Shown here: piece after piece, positions 53,750 through 64,000 of the stretch
How positions within the stretch are numbered: position 1 is the first letter of the stretch
Layout: the number at the start of each line of letters is the position of its first letter
Source of the DNA: Isurus oxyrinchus
Taxonomy: Eukaryota
Assembly (NCBI GenBank): GCA_026770705.1
Contig: JANJGN010000002.1
Span: 221,774,001 to 221,838,000 of the forward strand
DNA length: 64,000 bases
Reading direction: 5' to 3'
Translations under genes and position numbers: made by a program
The notes under the pieces: generated by a model
Database searches by the model: none
Told to the model about the DNA's origin: nothing
What the model saw: only the letters and a program-made list of their open reading frames with translations

Positions 53750-54550
53750 TTTTACATGCGCCGATTTAGGGAATGAGAACGGGGCGCCTAAGAGGTTTAA
53801 TATTCGATTTTATGTTGAGGGGAGGGGGGAGGGGGGGAGACGTGCAATGTGAAAATAATGATTTATTCTCTTTAAAAAAAAAGCCATCGTGCGCCTTGCA
53901 TGAATTGTATGGTTTTGGCAGCAGCGGAGGCCAGCAGCAAATCGGTCGATTGCTGTCTGGTTTGCTGAGGATAACGCTGCAGGGAGCACGCGGCTTTCCC
54001 GCCTTTTCACCTGCACTAGGAGCTCTGGCTCCAGCGCCCGAGAGCCGCGAGCGCCCCAACGCACCACCCCACCCCCACCCCCCCCCCATCCCCCCACAAC
54101 CTCTCTGCGCGCACTCCAATCATATTCCACACCGGGCGCCCCAGTTTCTGCACGAGATCAGCGCGGCGCGAATTCCCGCCTTTTTTTTTCATATCCACGC
54201 GCCCTCCGTCGGCGCGTGCGCGTCTCAGACGTGCGCCAACCGCCCACCCGCTGGAGTTTCCTTTACCACCACCGCCCCCCCCCCTCCTCTCCCACCACCC
54301 GCTCCAACCGCTCCAACCGGTTACTTCGCCCAATCAAGACGGTAGGAAATTCCGGCGTGTCGCCGTTTTCGGCTTGACTATAAAACGTTTGCCATGTTTC
54401 AAGAAACAGTTAAATTTTTTTTTTATCTGGACTCAACTCCCACCTCGCGCAGCAGCTATTGGCGCAAATGCCACGTGGCGCACGACACTGGGTGTAGTGA
54501 TGCCTTATCTACGCCAATGCATTGGGCAAAGTGGCAGCGTTACCGCAGAG
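53750..54550 (+). promoter_or_regulatory. Orphan CpG island with Pol II promoter motifs
   Basis: Dense CpG; NRF1-like GCGCGTGCGC at 54212-54221, CCAATCA at 54330, TATAAAA at 54379-54385, palindromic E-box GCCACGTGGC at 54470-54479. Confidence 0.55.
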
Positions 54551-54671
54551 TGAGACAGAGAGAGGTTCTCATTTAACTTTGGCATGTGCTCAAGTCCAAC
54601 AAAGTGTGATGATGTCCTCCAGGAAGGCCCCCATCACACCATTGTATAATGTGCAGCGTAAACTACAGTGG

Positions 54672-54943
54672 AGGTTTTGTGGCGCACTGGTAGCTTCTCT
54701 ACCTCTGGGTCAGATTCAAGTTCCATTTAAGGACTTGATGGTCACGAAGATGCATTCATAAAAGCTGCCAAATTGTTTGATAATGAGCATATAAATCCGT
54801 CCAGTGTACCTGATGGCAGATGGTAAGAGGAGGAGAGTTTCCTGGACAGCCACACTGCAGAAGGCAACGACAAAGCACCACTGTGCTTTTGCCAAGCATA
54901 ATCGTGGCTCAATCTCTTGGGGCATGGTACCTGAAGGAGGAGG
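54672..54943 (+). mobile_element. Degenerate tRNA-derived SINE with RTE-like 3' part
   Basis: A-box-like TGGCGCACTGG (54680) and B-box-like ATTCAAGTTC. The 3' segment GAAGGCAACGACAAAGCACCACTG...TTGCCAAG resembles the tails of RTE-dependent SINEs (recognized from memory, not searched). Confidence 0.4.
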
Positions 54944-54956
54944 AAACTCCATTGTC

Positions 54957-55215
54957 AAAAATAAAAATACCTGGAAAAACTCAGCAGGTCAGGGAGAGGA
55001 ACACAGTTAACGTTTCCAGTCCGTATGACTCTCCAACAGAACTAAGTAAAAATAGAAAAGAGGTGAAATATAAGCTGGTTTAAAGGGGTTGGGGGTGGGG
55101 GTGGGGGGGGGTGGGGCGGTGGGACAGGGAGAGCCGGATAGAGTGCCAGTGATAGGTGGAGATTGCCAAAAGATGTCATAGACAAAAGGACAAAGAGGTG
55201 TTGAAGGTGGCAAAC
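54957..55215. mobile_element. Fragment of an abundant elasmobranch interspersed repeat (probably a Penelope-like element terminus)
   Basis: CTGGAAAAACTCAGCAGGTC...CAGTTAACGTTTCCAGTCCGTATGACTC...CAGAACT resembles a high-copy shark repeat. Family assignment is from memory. Confidence 0.5.
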
Positions 55216-55254
55216 TCCAGTGTGATGTGAAACCTGACTTAAAATGTGATGGTG

Positions 55255-55419
55255 GTTCATTGCATTTAAGTGGAAACTAGATAAGCACACGAGGGTGAAA
55301 GGAATAGAAGGATTTGTTGATGGGGTTTGGCAAATTGGGTGGGAGGACGCTTGTGTCCCAAGTGGACCAATTGGACACATTGGCCTGTTTCTGTGCGATA
55401 CATTCTATGTAATTCTATG
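55255..55419 (+). mobile_element. CR1 LINE 3' end fragment
   Basis: CATTTAAG...CTAGATAAGCAC...GAAAGGAATAGAAGG...TGGCCTGTTTCTGTGC followed by an (ATTCTATG)-type octamer tail. Confidence 0.7.
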
Positions 55420-55518
55420 GTGTTCCAAGGTGTTTTATACATTTACTGTAAAGTTTTCTTTTGTAATATTTTGAGGAAGCAGGCGCTTCACATTTTCAAA
55501 ATATTAATTATTTACTGT

Positions 55519-55524
<6 letters not shown>

Positions 55525-55555
<31 letters not shown>
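55525..55555 (+). repeat. (CA)n microsatellite
   Basis: Perfect AC repeat. Confidence 0.9.
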
Positions 55556-55556
<1 letters not shown>

Positions 55557-56796
55557 GTTTGAGTTTGCAGCCATGGCTAAATGGACCTGGCCAGCTGTTT
55601 TCTGCACTATGTAGCCACTGGTCTCAGACCAGCTTAAGTTGTGCAATTACAGTCAATATGAGGAGCAGTCAGATGTGTCTTGATGGGCATTGATGTGAAA
55701 AGGAAGTAGTAGACTCAGGCTGCCGTCTGACTGGACTTATGCTCTGTGCAGTACCATATGACTTGAGTTCCACATGGGTGCTGCAGTGCCGTGCAAACTC
55801 CCATTCAACAAAATTCACAGATGGTTTACTGGATATATTTCCACTTAAAAATTTGATGTATTTAAGTTAGAGGGTAGCCTAGGCTCTTTGACTGTTAAAA
55901 TTTAACCAGCTGGTCACATCAATTGAAACAACTCTTCTGTTGCTAGATGAAAGCAACATGGAAACAACAGAAATAATACCATCCCCACACCACCAACTTT
56001 TGCAAGGAACTGAAGTTGTGTCATCTGCTCATTGACTTGGGATTCAAATTGCCAATCTGATTATGAATAGCATGAAAGAAAAACACAATTTGCATTAATG
56101 TTGTGTTCATCATGATTTCAGGAGTTATAGTCATTGCTGAGAGTTTGATTAAATTACTTCCAGTTTGGACATAACTAGAAATTTATCACAAAATATGCAG
56201 TGTAAGTTAAGTCAACCAACTTCTGAACCAATTTCTGTTTTGGGAGCAGATAGTCTCACAATATCACACTGGCTGCAATGTAAATGAAAATGGTGAAAAT
56301 GAACTCAAGAAACAAATGTAAAGTTTAACATTTTTGTTGATTGTTTTTAACTTTGTAATATTAGCATAAATCACTTCTGGACTATTGAGTCTAGTAAACA
56401 TTTAAAAATCTAACTAGCTACCAAATTAGCCCCGCTGCCCTAATATTTCCCCATACCCCCCAAATATTTCTTTATTAAATATATTTTGAAAGTTACTATT
56501 GAATCTGATTGCACCAGGCTTTCAGGTAGTATATTGCAGGTCACAACAACTTGCTTAATATATAAAAACAGCTTTGCTCATCTTCCCCCTGTTTCTTTTA
56601 TAGTTATAATAAATCTGTATCCTCTGGTGACTGACCTTCCTGCCATTTTCTCTATATTGACTATCAAAATCCTTAACTTTCTTTTGCTTCTATATTTAAA
56701 ACACCTGCCTCTCAGCCACAATGAATAGCTGCAAAGGTCAAGCTGCCAATAGCACTGAGAATCAGTCCATTTGTGGTGCCACACATAGGACTAAAG

Positions 56797-56907
56797 GAAA
56801 GAAAAACCTGCGTTTTTATAGCACCTTTCACAATCTCAGGATGTCCCCAAGTGCTTTACAGCCAACAAAATACATTTGAAGTGTAGGCACTGGCATCATG
56901 TAAGAAG
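56797..56907 (-). mobile_element. DeuSINE (SacSINE1-like) 3' tail fragment
   Basis: Plus strand TGCGTTTTTATAGCACCTTTCACAATCTCAGGATGTCCCCAAGTGCTTTACAGCCAA...TTTGAAGTGTAGGCACTG is the reverse complement of the L2-derived tail of shark Deu-domain SINEs. Confidence 0.65.
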
Positions 56908-58663
56908 ATAACAGTTTAATGCCTGAGGTGTAAAATTGCAAATAGCTTCATATACATCTTCTACAATGCGCAGTTCCAGAAATTTATACAAAATGTGTTT
57001 GAGATATCCCTGTAGCTTACATGCAGTACTTGATTTTTTTATAAAATGAGTGCATGAGACGTTTTTATCAAATTGTTGAGTGATCTCCCATTTTGACTTT
57101 GTGTCCTGTAGGGTTCAGCAGCTTTCTGTTAGTTTATATTTTTATCCATTTCATTTTTTGTTTTTTAATCTTTTTTCCCCCAGATTTCAAATCACACAAC
57201 AAAATGCTATAAGATGTGTTATTTTGCATCCTTGCACTGTTATATCAGAAAATAAAGTACATTCACCCAAGCTTTGTAAAAGGGGGGCTTTTAAAATTTA
57301 AAATAAAACATACGCAGTGCAGGTTAGTAGCTGCGGTTGGTAGAAAATAAATCACTTGTGCCAATAGTGCTTGTGAATTATATGGTTAAAACTGGCTGGT
57401 TAATGTTAACATTTGTCTCTGATGTCTATCCTATGTTGTTTTTAAGTTTCTGAAAAACCCTGTCAATATGAGTCACAGAGCAAATATGGAAAGAAATAGC
57501 TTTTGTGTACTGAAAGAAAACATGCACAAGAGGTGTTTAATATTGGAGTGAAAAGGCTTTTTGCTAAGCATACTTGGAGATTGTTAAGTTTATTGTTATT
57601 TCAAAGCATAATTTTGGTTTGTGGAGACATGAAAATCAAATACTATGGATCATTTTTTCTGACCCACAAAAACATTGAAAGAAGAAACCTTTTAGTGAAC
57701 AGAACATATAGCTTAATGCTTGTGGTCAGCTTTACTTATGGTAAAACTTTATTACACAGCTGGCAGCCTTGTGTCTGGTATATACAAGATGCTGTGCTTT
57801 AAAGAACTACAGAGGTGTAATCATAAATACATTGATTATAATTAATTTGTTTTCTGCACTCTGGAACCATGAGAGTGATTTTCTGTTTGTATAACCTGTG
57901 AAAGTTGCCATAACACATAAGGCAGATTTAATGGTCACCAATATATTTTAGAATCTGATCAGGGATTTATTATGGCACAATTGACAATCAGTCAAAATGT
58001 TTCATTCAGTTGATGCCATTAGAATCAGCATTACGTGTGGCATTAATTTAATTTTGACTGTGTTATTTTGTGTTTGACTTTTAACTGGTAAGTTTACAAA
58101 ATATATAACAGTTTGCATTTGTGGCAGTGCTTTATTGCCCATCTTCTCACCTAACGTACATCATGGGGTGGAGATAAAAAGAGTGAACCAAAAATAAAGG
58201 GAGTAGAATAAAGAAACAGTAGAAATGGAGCAAAAAGTTATAAAGTGTAGCATTCATGTTAATGATAATACCATTAAATTCAGAGATTGAGTTTGGTTAA
58301 TGGGCAGAATTTTCTGAGCCTGCTGGCAGCGGGTGTGATAGGTGGCAAGTGCGGAAAATATGGCGCGACCTGCTTTACGATGGTGTGAAGGCAGGTCACA
58401 ATCGTCCACTCAGCCTGCTGATGATGGGCCGCGTTTCCCGCCAATTGTAATACATTAGCATATAATTAAAAGGCCATCTCTCCAGGCTCTTGGAACCCCG
58501 CCATATCATCTGTCCACGTCGGCGGGAAAGCGGGCTGACATGTTTCATAGCAGCACACAGGCAACATGCATTTGGCGGCCTTCACTTTGGGGGAACTGAG
58601 GTGAACAAGCAGCAGCATTCTCCACAGCTTGCCTGTTGTTTACAGGCCTCAGGGACACTTGGT

Positions 58664-58695
<32 letters not shown>

Positions 58696-59395
58696 GCGAG
58701 GGCAAATGCTGGCCAGTGTCAGAGGTGACTGCTGCGGAGTGTGTGTGTAGTGGGGGGGCGGCGGTGGGGGTGTTTGGGGGCGAGTGCTGGCCAGCCTTGG
58801 CGGTGACTGCTGAGGCAGGGTTATGGGGAGGCCAAGAGCCCTGCACTGCATCCCGCACAAAGGCAATCCCTGTGGGGGGCATCATAAGCAAGGGGAATGG
58901 TCACGCATTTGGGACACCTGTATAAACTGACCATGCCTTTGCAACAGAGGCAGATCAGGTGCAGCCACAGTGATATGATTGGGGTCAGGCCCCTACCCTG
59001 CTGGCTCATGCAAGCAAAGCGGAGGCACTAAAGGGCTTTCAAGTGCTCCATACCTTACCCCTGCATCCCAGCACATACTTCGAGTCCACCACCACTTTAT
59101 TGGACCACAGAGCAGTTGTACAATTTCCTCGCCAACTCTGGCCATGTAGCAGTAACTGCTGGAGGTGCTCACAGCCCCTTGCAATCTCGGCATCCTGGTT
59201 TGGGCCAGTGTCTCCCATGTCGCAGGTTGTCAGGGCAGCCATGCAGCACATTCAATGCTGGCCATCCAAGGGGTGACCAGCACTCTCTGGAAGCATTAAA
59301 GGAAGGTCACACAGGGTCAGGAAAGGTGCTAAGTATACCCATGATAACCACGTCTCTCTCTCTCTTTTATGCTGCAGGAGGACCACATCAGGATC

Positions 59396-60610
59396 ATGAA
59401 TCCTGCTGACCTAGTTGCATGCCTGATGGCCTACAGAGACCATAGAATATGGAGCAGAGGGCGACTGAGGCACCTGGCCACGCAAAGTCAGGATCATGAA
59501 GAAAGGGCAGAAGGGGCTCATACACATGCTGCCCAGGAGCAACAGCGAGCTGTGGCTGGTTGGCGGCAAGCAACACCCAGGGTCTATAGATACCACCAAC
59601 CATTCCTGCAGATGACTGCGCATGTCTAGGGACCTGGTGGCTCACATCTGCCACTTATTGCAGGACTTGGTGCCAAGGGACATGAAGGGCATCCACTGCC
59701 AGTGACTGTGAAAGTGACTGCGTTGCTCAATTTCTAAGCCAGTAGCTCTTTTCAGGGCTCCACAGGTGACCTTTGTGGGATTTCACAATCTGCCACCCAC
59801 AAATGCATCCATGAGGTCACAGATGCCATCTTCTCCATGGCACACAACTTTGTGCATTTCGCCTGGGACCAGGACAGCCAGGATGCAAGGGCCATTGAAT
59901 TCACCCTGATCTCAGGATTCCCACAGGCGCAGAGTGTGACTGACTGCACCCATGTGGTTCTCAGGTCTCCGTTGCTACACTTGGTGGATTTCATCAACCG
60001 CAAGGGCTTCCACTCACTGAACATGCAGCTGGTGTGTGACCTCTAGAAACGCATCCTGCAGTACGCGCATGGTTTGCAGGGAGTGTGCATGATGCCTACA
60101 CCCTGAGTTGCTCGCAGATGCCTGCAGTCTTCTAGGGTCCACAAAGGCTGCAGGGTTGGCTCCTTGAGGACAAGGGGTACCTGCAGAGATTGTTGCTGAT
60201 GATACCCATGCGGCGGCCTAAGACTGCAGCAGAGTGATGCTATAATGAGGCTCGTGCAGCAGCTCGTAACTTGGTGGAGCAGACTTTCGGAATGCTGAAG
60301 ATGCGGTTCCAGTGCCTGGCCCAGTCTGGTGGAACCCTGCTATCCACTCCGCAGAGGGTGTCACACATCGTCTGCTGAGCCATTTACAACCTGGCGCTGC
60401 AATAGGGAGGGGAGCTGGCTGAGGAGGAGATGGAGGAACTGCATGTCTCCTCCAGTGAAGAGGACGTAGATGGGGATGAGGGTGATGGAGTCCTCGATGG
60501 TGATGACAACAGGAATGAGGGAGGCTCTTGCACTGGCAAGATGTGGCAGGTACACTCAGGAGGACCTCATAGCTGCCAGATTTGTGGAGGATGATGACGA
60601 CATGAATGAG
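59396..60610 (+). pseudogene. Harbinger (HARBI1-like, DDE_Tnp_4) transposase pseudogene
   Basis: Translated pieces: GHPLPVTVKVTALLNF*ASSSFQGSTGDLCGISQSATHKCIHEVTDA, GFPQAQSVTDCTHV, FINRKGFHSLNMQLVCD, GSVHDA, GWLLEDKGY, YNEARAAARNLVEQTFGMLKMRFQCL, then an acidic tail. Multiple stops and frameshifts. Confidence 0.88.
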
Positions 60611-60868
60611 GTGTTCCCATAGATCCTCACATCGCAGTTGTGAATGTTTGACTCCAGTCTAGCTTATGGTGGCGCCAATGCCCTCTGTGAGAATGCTCCT
60701 GTCATGGAGATCCCGTGGAGGCCCTAATAGTTACTCAATCACAGGATGATGACAACATGCAGTGAGGACACTAGATCTTACATAGCCTATGTCTGATTAT
60801 TGTCTGGCTGAGGGCAGCTCGCTTGTGCTCCATGATCAGGGCTATCTCAGAGACGCAGCCATGAAACT

Positions 60869-62508
60869 GAAAGAAATCAGTATTAGTAGGGAAATGGTAT
60901 TGGGTAAATTGATGGGATTGAAGGCCAATAAATCCCCGGGGCCTGATAATCTACATCCTAGAGTACTTAAGGAAGTGGCCCAAGAAATAATGGATGTATT
61001 GGTGGTCATCTTCTGAGATTCTATTGACGCTGGAACAGTTCCTACAGATTGGAGGGTAGCTAATGTAACCCCACTATTTAAAAAGGGAGGCAGAGAGAAA
61101 GCAGGGAATTATAGACCAGTCAACCTGATGTCGATAGTAGGGAAAATTCTAGAGTCCATTATACAAGATTTAATAGCTGAGCACGTGGAAAACAGTGGCA
61201 GAACCGGACAGAGTCAGCATGGATTTATGAAAGGGAAATCATGCTTGAACAAATCTACTGGAATTTTTCGAGAATGTAACGAGCAGAGTTGATGAGGGGC
61301 AGCCAGTGGATGTGATTTATTTGGACTTTCAGAAGGCTTTCAACAAATTCCCACATAAGAGATTGGTGTGTAAAATTAAAGTGTATGGAATTGGGGGTAA
61401 TGCATTGAGATGGGTGGAAAACTAGTTGGCAGACAGGAAACAAAGAGTAGGAATAAACGGGTCTTTTTCCGAATGGTAGGCAGTGACTAGTGGGGTACCA
61501 CAGAGATCAGTGTTGGGACCCCAGTTATTCACAATATATATTAATGATTTAGATGAGGGAATTAAATGTAATATCTCCAAATTTGCAGATGACATAAAGC
61601 TGGTTGGGAGATGAGCTGTGAGGAGGATGCAGAGATGCTTCATTGTGATTTGGACAAGCTGAGTGAGTGGGCAAATGCATGGCAGATGCAGTATAATGTG
61701 GATAAATGTGAGGTTATCCATTTTTGTAGCACAAACAGGAAGGCAGATTATTATCTGAATGGCTATAAATTGAGAGAGGGGAATGTTCAATGAGACCTGG
61801 GTGTCCTTGTACGCCAGTCACTAAAGGTAAGCATGCAGTGCAGCAGGCGGTAAAGAAGGCAAATGGTACGTTGGCCTTCATAGCCAGAGGATTCGAGTAC
61901 AGGAACAGGGATGTCTTGCTGCAATTGCACAGGGCCTTGGTGAGACCACACTGGAATATTGTGTGCAGTTTGGGTCTCCTTGTCTGAGGGAGGATGTACT
62001 TGCTATAGAGGGAGTGCAGCGAAGGTTTACCCGACTGATTCCTGGGATGGATGGACCGACATATGAGGAGAGATTGAGTTGATTAGGATTATATTCACTG
62101 GATTTCAGAAGAATGAGGGGGGATCTCGTAGAAACTTATAAAATTCTAACAGGACTAGACAGGGTAGATGCAAGAAGGATGTTCCCAATGGTGGAGGGGT
62201 CCAGAACCAGGGGGTCACGGCCTGAGGATATGGGGTAGACCATTTAGGACTGAGATGAGGAGAAATTTCTCACTCAGAGAGTCGTGAGCCTGTGGAATTC
62301 GTTACCACAGAAAGTAGTTGAGACCAGAACATTGTATGTTTTCAAGAAGGAGTTAGATTTAGCTCTTTGGGCGAAAGGGATCAAAGGGTATGGGGAGAAA
62401 GCAGGAGCAGGCTATTGAATTGGATAATCAGCCATGATCATACTGAATGGCGGAGCAGGCTCCAAGGGCCGAATGGCCTACTCCTGCTCCTAGTTTCTAT
62501 GTTTCTAT
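60869..62508 (+). mobile_element. 5'-truncated CR1 (HER1-like) LINE with disrupted ORF2 reverse transcriptase
   Basis: [48 protein letters not shown] motifs. 3' end GGGCCGAATGGCCTACTCCTGCTCC followed by (TTTCTATG)n; the tail continues at 63161-63172. Confidence 0.92.
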
Positions 62509-63160
62509 GGCTTGAATTTTCCCGTCGGCGATTTGGGGGCAGGGCCCCCACGCCGACGGGATAATGGTGCGGGACGACATCATCCCGGTCCCTTTAAATT
62601 TTTAGGAAGGCGGGCGGACAGTGAAATCAGCTGTCTGCCCGCCGACCTGTCAATGGCCAATTAACAGGCTAACATTGACAGACTAATTAAGATAATTAAA
62701 GGCCTGCCCGTCCAACCTAAAGGCTGGCAGGCAGGCCAGGAGCCCCAGCGGGCTTCTGATAAAGCATGAAACCTCATCCACTGGCGGGATGAGGTTTCAT
62801 ATCCATTTTCAAAAAGGCAAATAAAGTTTATGTCATTTTTATTAACATGTCCCATCTTGTGTCACATTGTCACGTGAGGGGGACATGTTAATAACTTATT
62901 TAATTTTTCTGTTTTTTTGACTTTTCTTACCTGTCCTTAATCTCCCTGAAACAGGACTTTGCGAAAGAACGCATTTTGATAGATGGGGAATCCCTCCCCT
63001 CTGCACAGGAAGCCTTTCTGTCGGCCAGGCCGTTGCGTGGACCTTAATTGACCCTCCCACTCACAATGGTGACGGGCCCTGTTTCACTGGCGGGGGTTGG
63101 CTGTCCACCTGCCGCCGAGACAGTGGGGCCCGCCCGCCATCCGAGGGCAAAATTCTGCCC
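62509..63160. mobile_element. Non-autonomous Harbinger-type MITE (652 bp) with 3-bp TSD TAT
   Basis: Imperfect TIRs GGCTTGAATTTT...AAAATTCTGCCC, flanked by TAT (62506-62508 and 63161-63163). Removing the element and one TSD restores the CR1 (TTTCTATG)3 tail. Confidence 0.85.
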
Positions 63161-63620
63161 TATGTTTCTATGAAACTTTAGGTGCAACTGATGCTGTGTC
63201 TGCCTTCAGCACCTCAGCCCTTCAGGAGCTGGTGCACAGCATCACTGGTCTCTGATGCTGGTGTGATGGTGGCCAGCCCAACCTTAAAGGTGCTGAGAGC
63301 ACACAGCGAGTATGAGAGAGTTCTGTGGCACCTGCCCATTCTGGCAGCAATGGCCAGCACTGCTGAGGTGCAAGCATCAATAATGTTTCCAAGGAGTGTG
63401 TGGCTGGACTACCACTGTGGTCTGAAGGCTGCAGGGAGGAGGCCCTGGACTGAGACACCTGCCTTTTATCTTGTGCAGAAAAGTTTCACATCTGAGCAAC
63501 AAGAACACTGCTCCTCAGATCAAGGGACCAGAGGCAGGGTGACATTCTTAGAAGTTTATTGACAATAGGGAAAAACATGTATCAGAGCTCAACATCCATG
63601 GCCAGGCTGTGCAACTAATT

Positions 63621-64000
63621 TTACCTAGCTTTCCTAACCCTGCCGCTACGTATAGTTGCTCCCCAGACATCCACAGCACAGGTGGAGGCAGCCTGCTGAC
63701 TGTGACGCCCATTCTGTGATGACTTTGGCCGGCGTCCTCTGGAGGACCAAGACTTGGAGGGCCCTGGTCTGCTTTCAGGGTCCTGCTGTGTGGGTGTTGC
63801 ACAATCCTTGGTCTGTAAAGCTGGATCTATGGAGGTCACAGGAAGTTAGGATTCGGATGGGCTGGTCACTCCAGAGTAACCTGGGTGGATGGCCCCGGAG
63901 TGTGCACCTGCTGATCCTCCTGCCTATGGGTGCCTGAAGGCCCCTGCCTGACTCTGTGAGTGGAAGGGAAGCTGGAGTGAGATTGAACTGCCTAGCAACC
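63621..64000 (-). pseudogene. Probable 3' end of the Harbinger second (Myb/SANT-like) gene, convergent with the transposase
   Basis: Low-complexity Ser/Pro/Arg-rich frame ending ...RSGRVRKAR*, with minus-strand AATAAA at 63555-63560. The position fits the two-gene Harbinger layout, but the Myb domain itself is not visible in the window. Confidence 0.4.

Larger units (their letters stand above)
58302..64000 (+). mobile_element. Degenerate autonomous-type PIF/Harbinger DNA transposon (right end outside window), interrupted by CR1 and a MITE
   Basis: Left TIR GGGCAGAATTTT at 58302 with an abrupt GC shift; internal HARBI1-like transposase remnant. The host sequence resumes after the CR1 at ~63178. 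Confidence 0.85.

Noticed and set aside
53773-54345. 190-aa ORF in the CpG island
   Set aside because: Low-complexity Pro/Ala/Gly frame expected in GC-rich DNA, crossing homopolymers, with no recognizable domain.
59396-60610. Domesticated HARBI1 host gene
   Set aside because: Multiple in-frame stops and frameshifts, an adjacent TIR and a nested LINE indicate a dead transposon copy.

Overview
Vertebrate genomic DNA, most likely a shark or other elasmobranch (inferred from the repeat families present). The window holds the head-to-head Zic4 (minus strand, 2 coding exons, 532 aa) and Zic1 (plus strand, 3 coding exons, 445 aa) C2H2 zinc-finger gene pair, with start codons about 12.8 kb apart. 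The pair sits in a ~54.5 kb stretch that is AT-rich, retains CpG, is almost free of transposons and carries many enhancer-like blocks. After an orphan CpG-island promoter at ~54 kb the sequence becomes CpG-depleted and rich in transposons. That part includes a three-level nest: a degenerate PIF/Harbinger transposon, a CR1 LINE inserted into it, and a hairpin-rich Harbinger MITE inserted into the CR1 tail. The most striking observation is a 255-bp segment of the ZF1-ZF3 coding region that is 96.5% identical at DNA level between Zic1 and Zic4, while neighbouring protein-identical codons are heavily diverged at synonymous sites. This points to a localized gene-conversion tract between ancient paralogs that form a long-range inverted repeat. 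Most ORFs in the supplied track are spurious.
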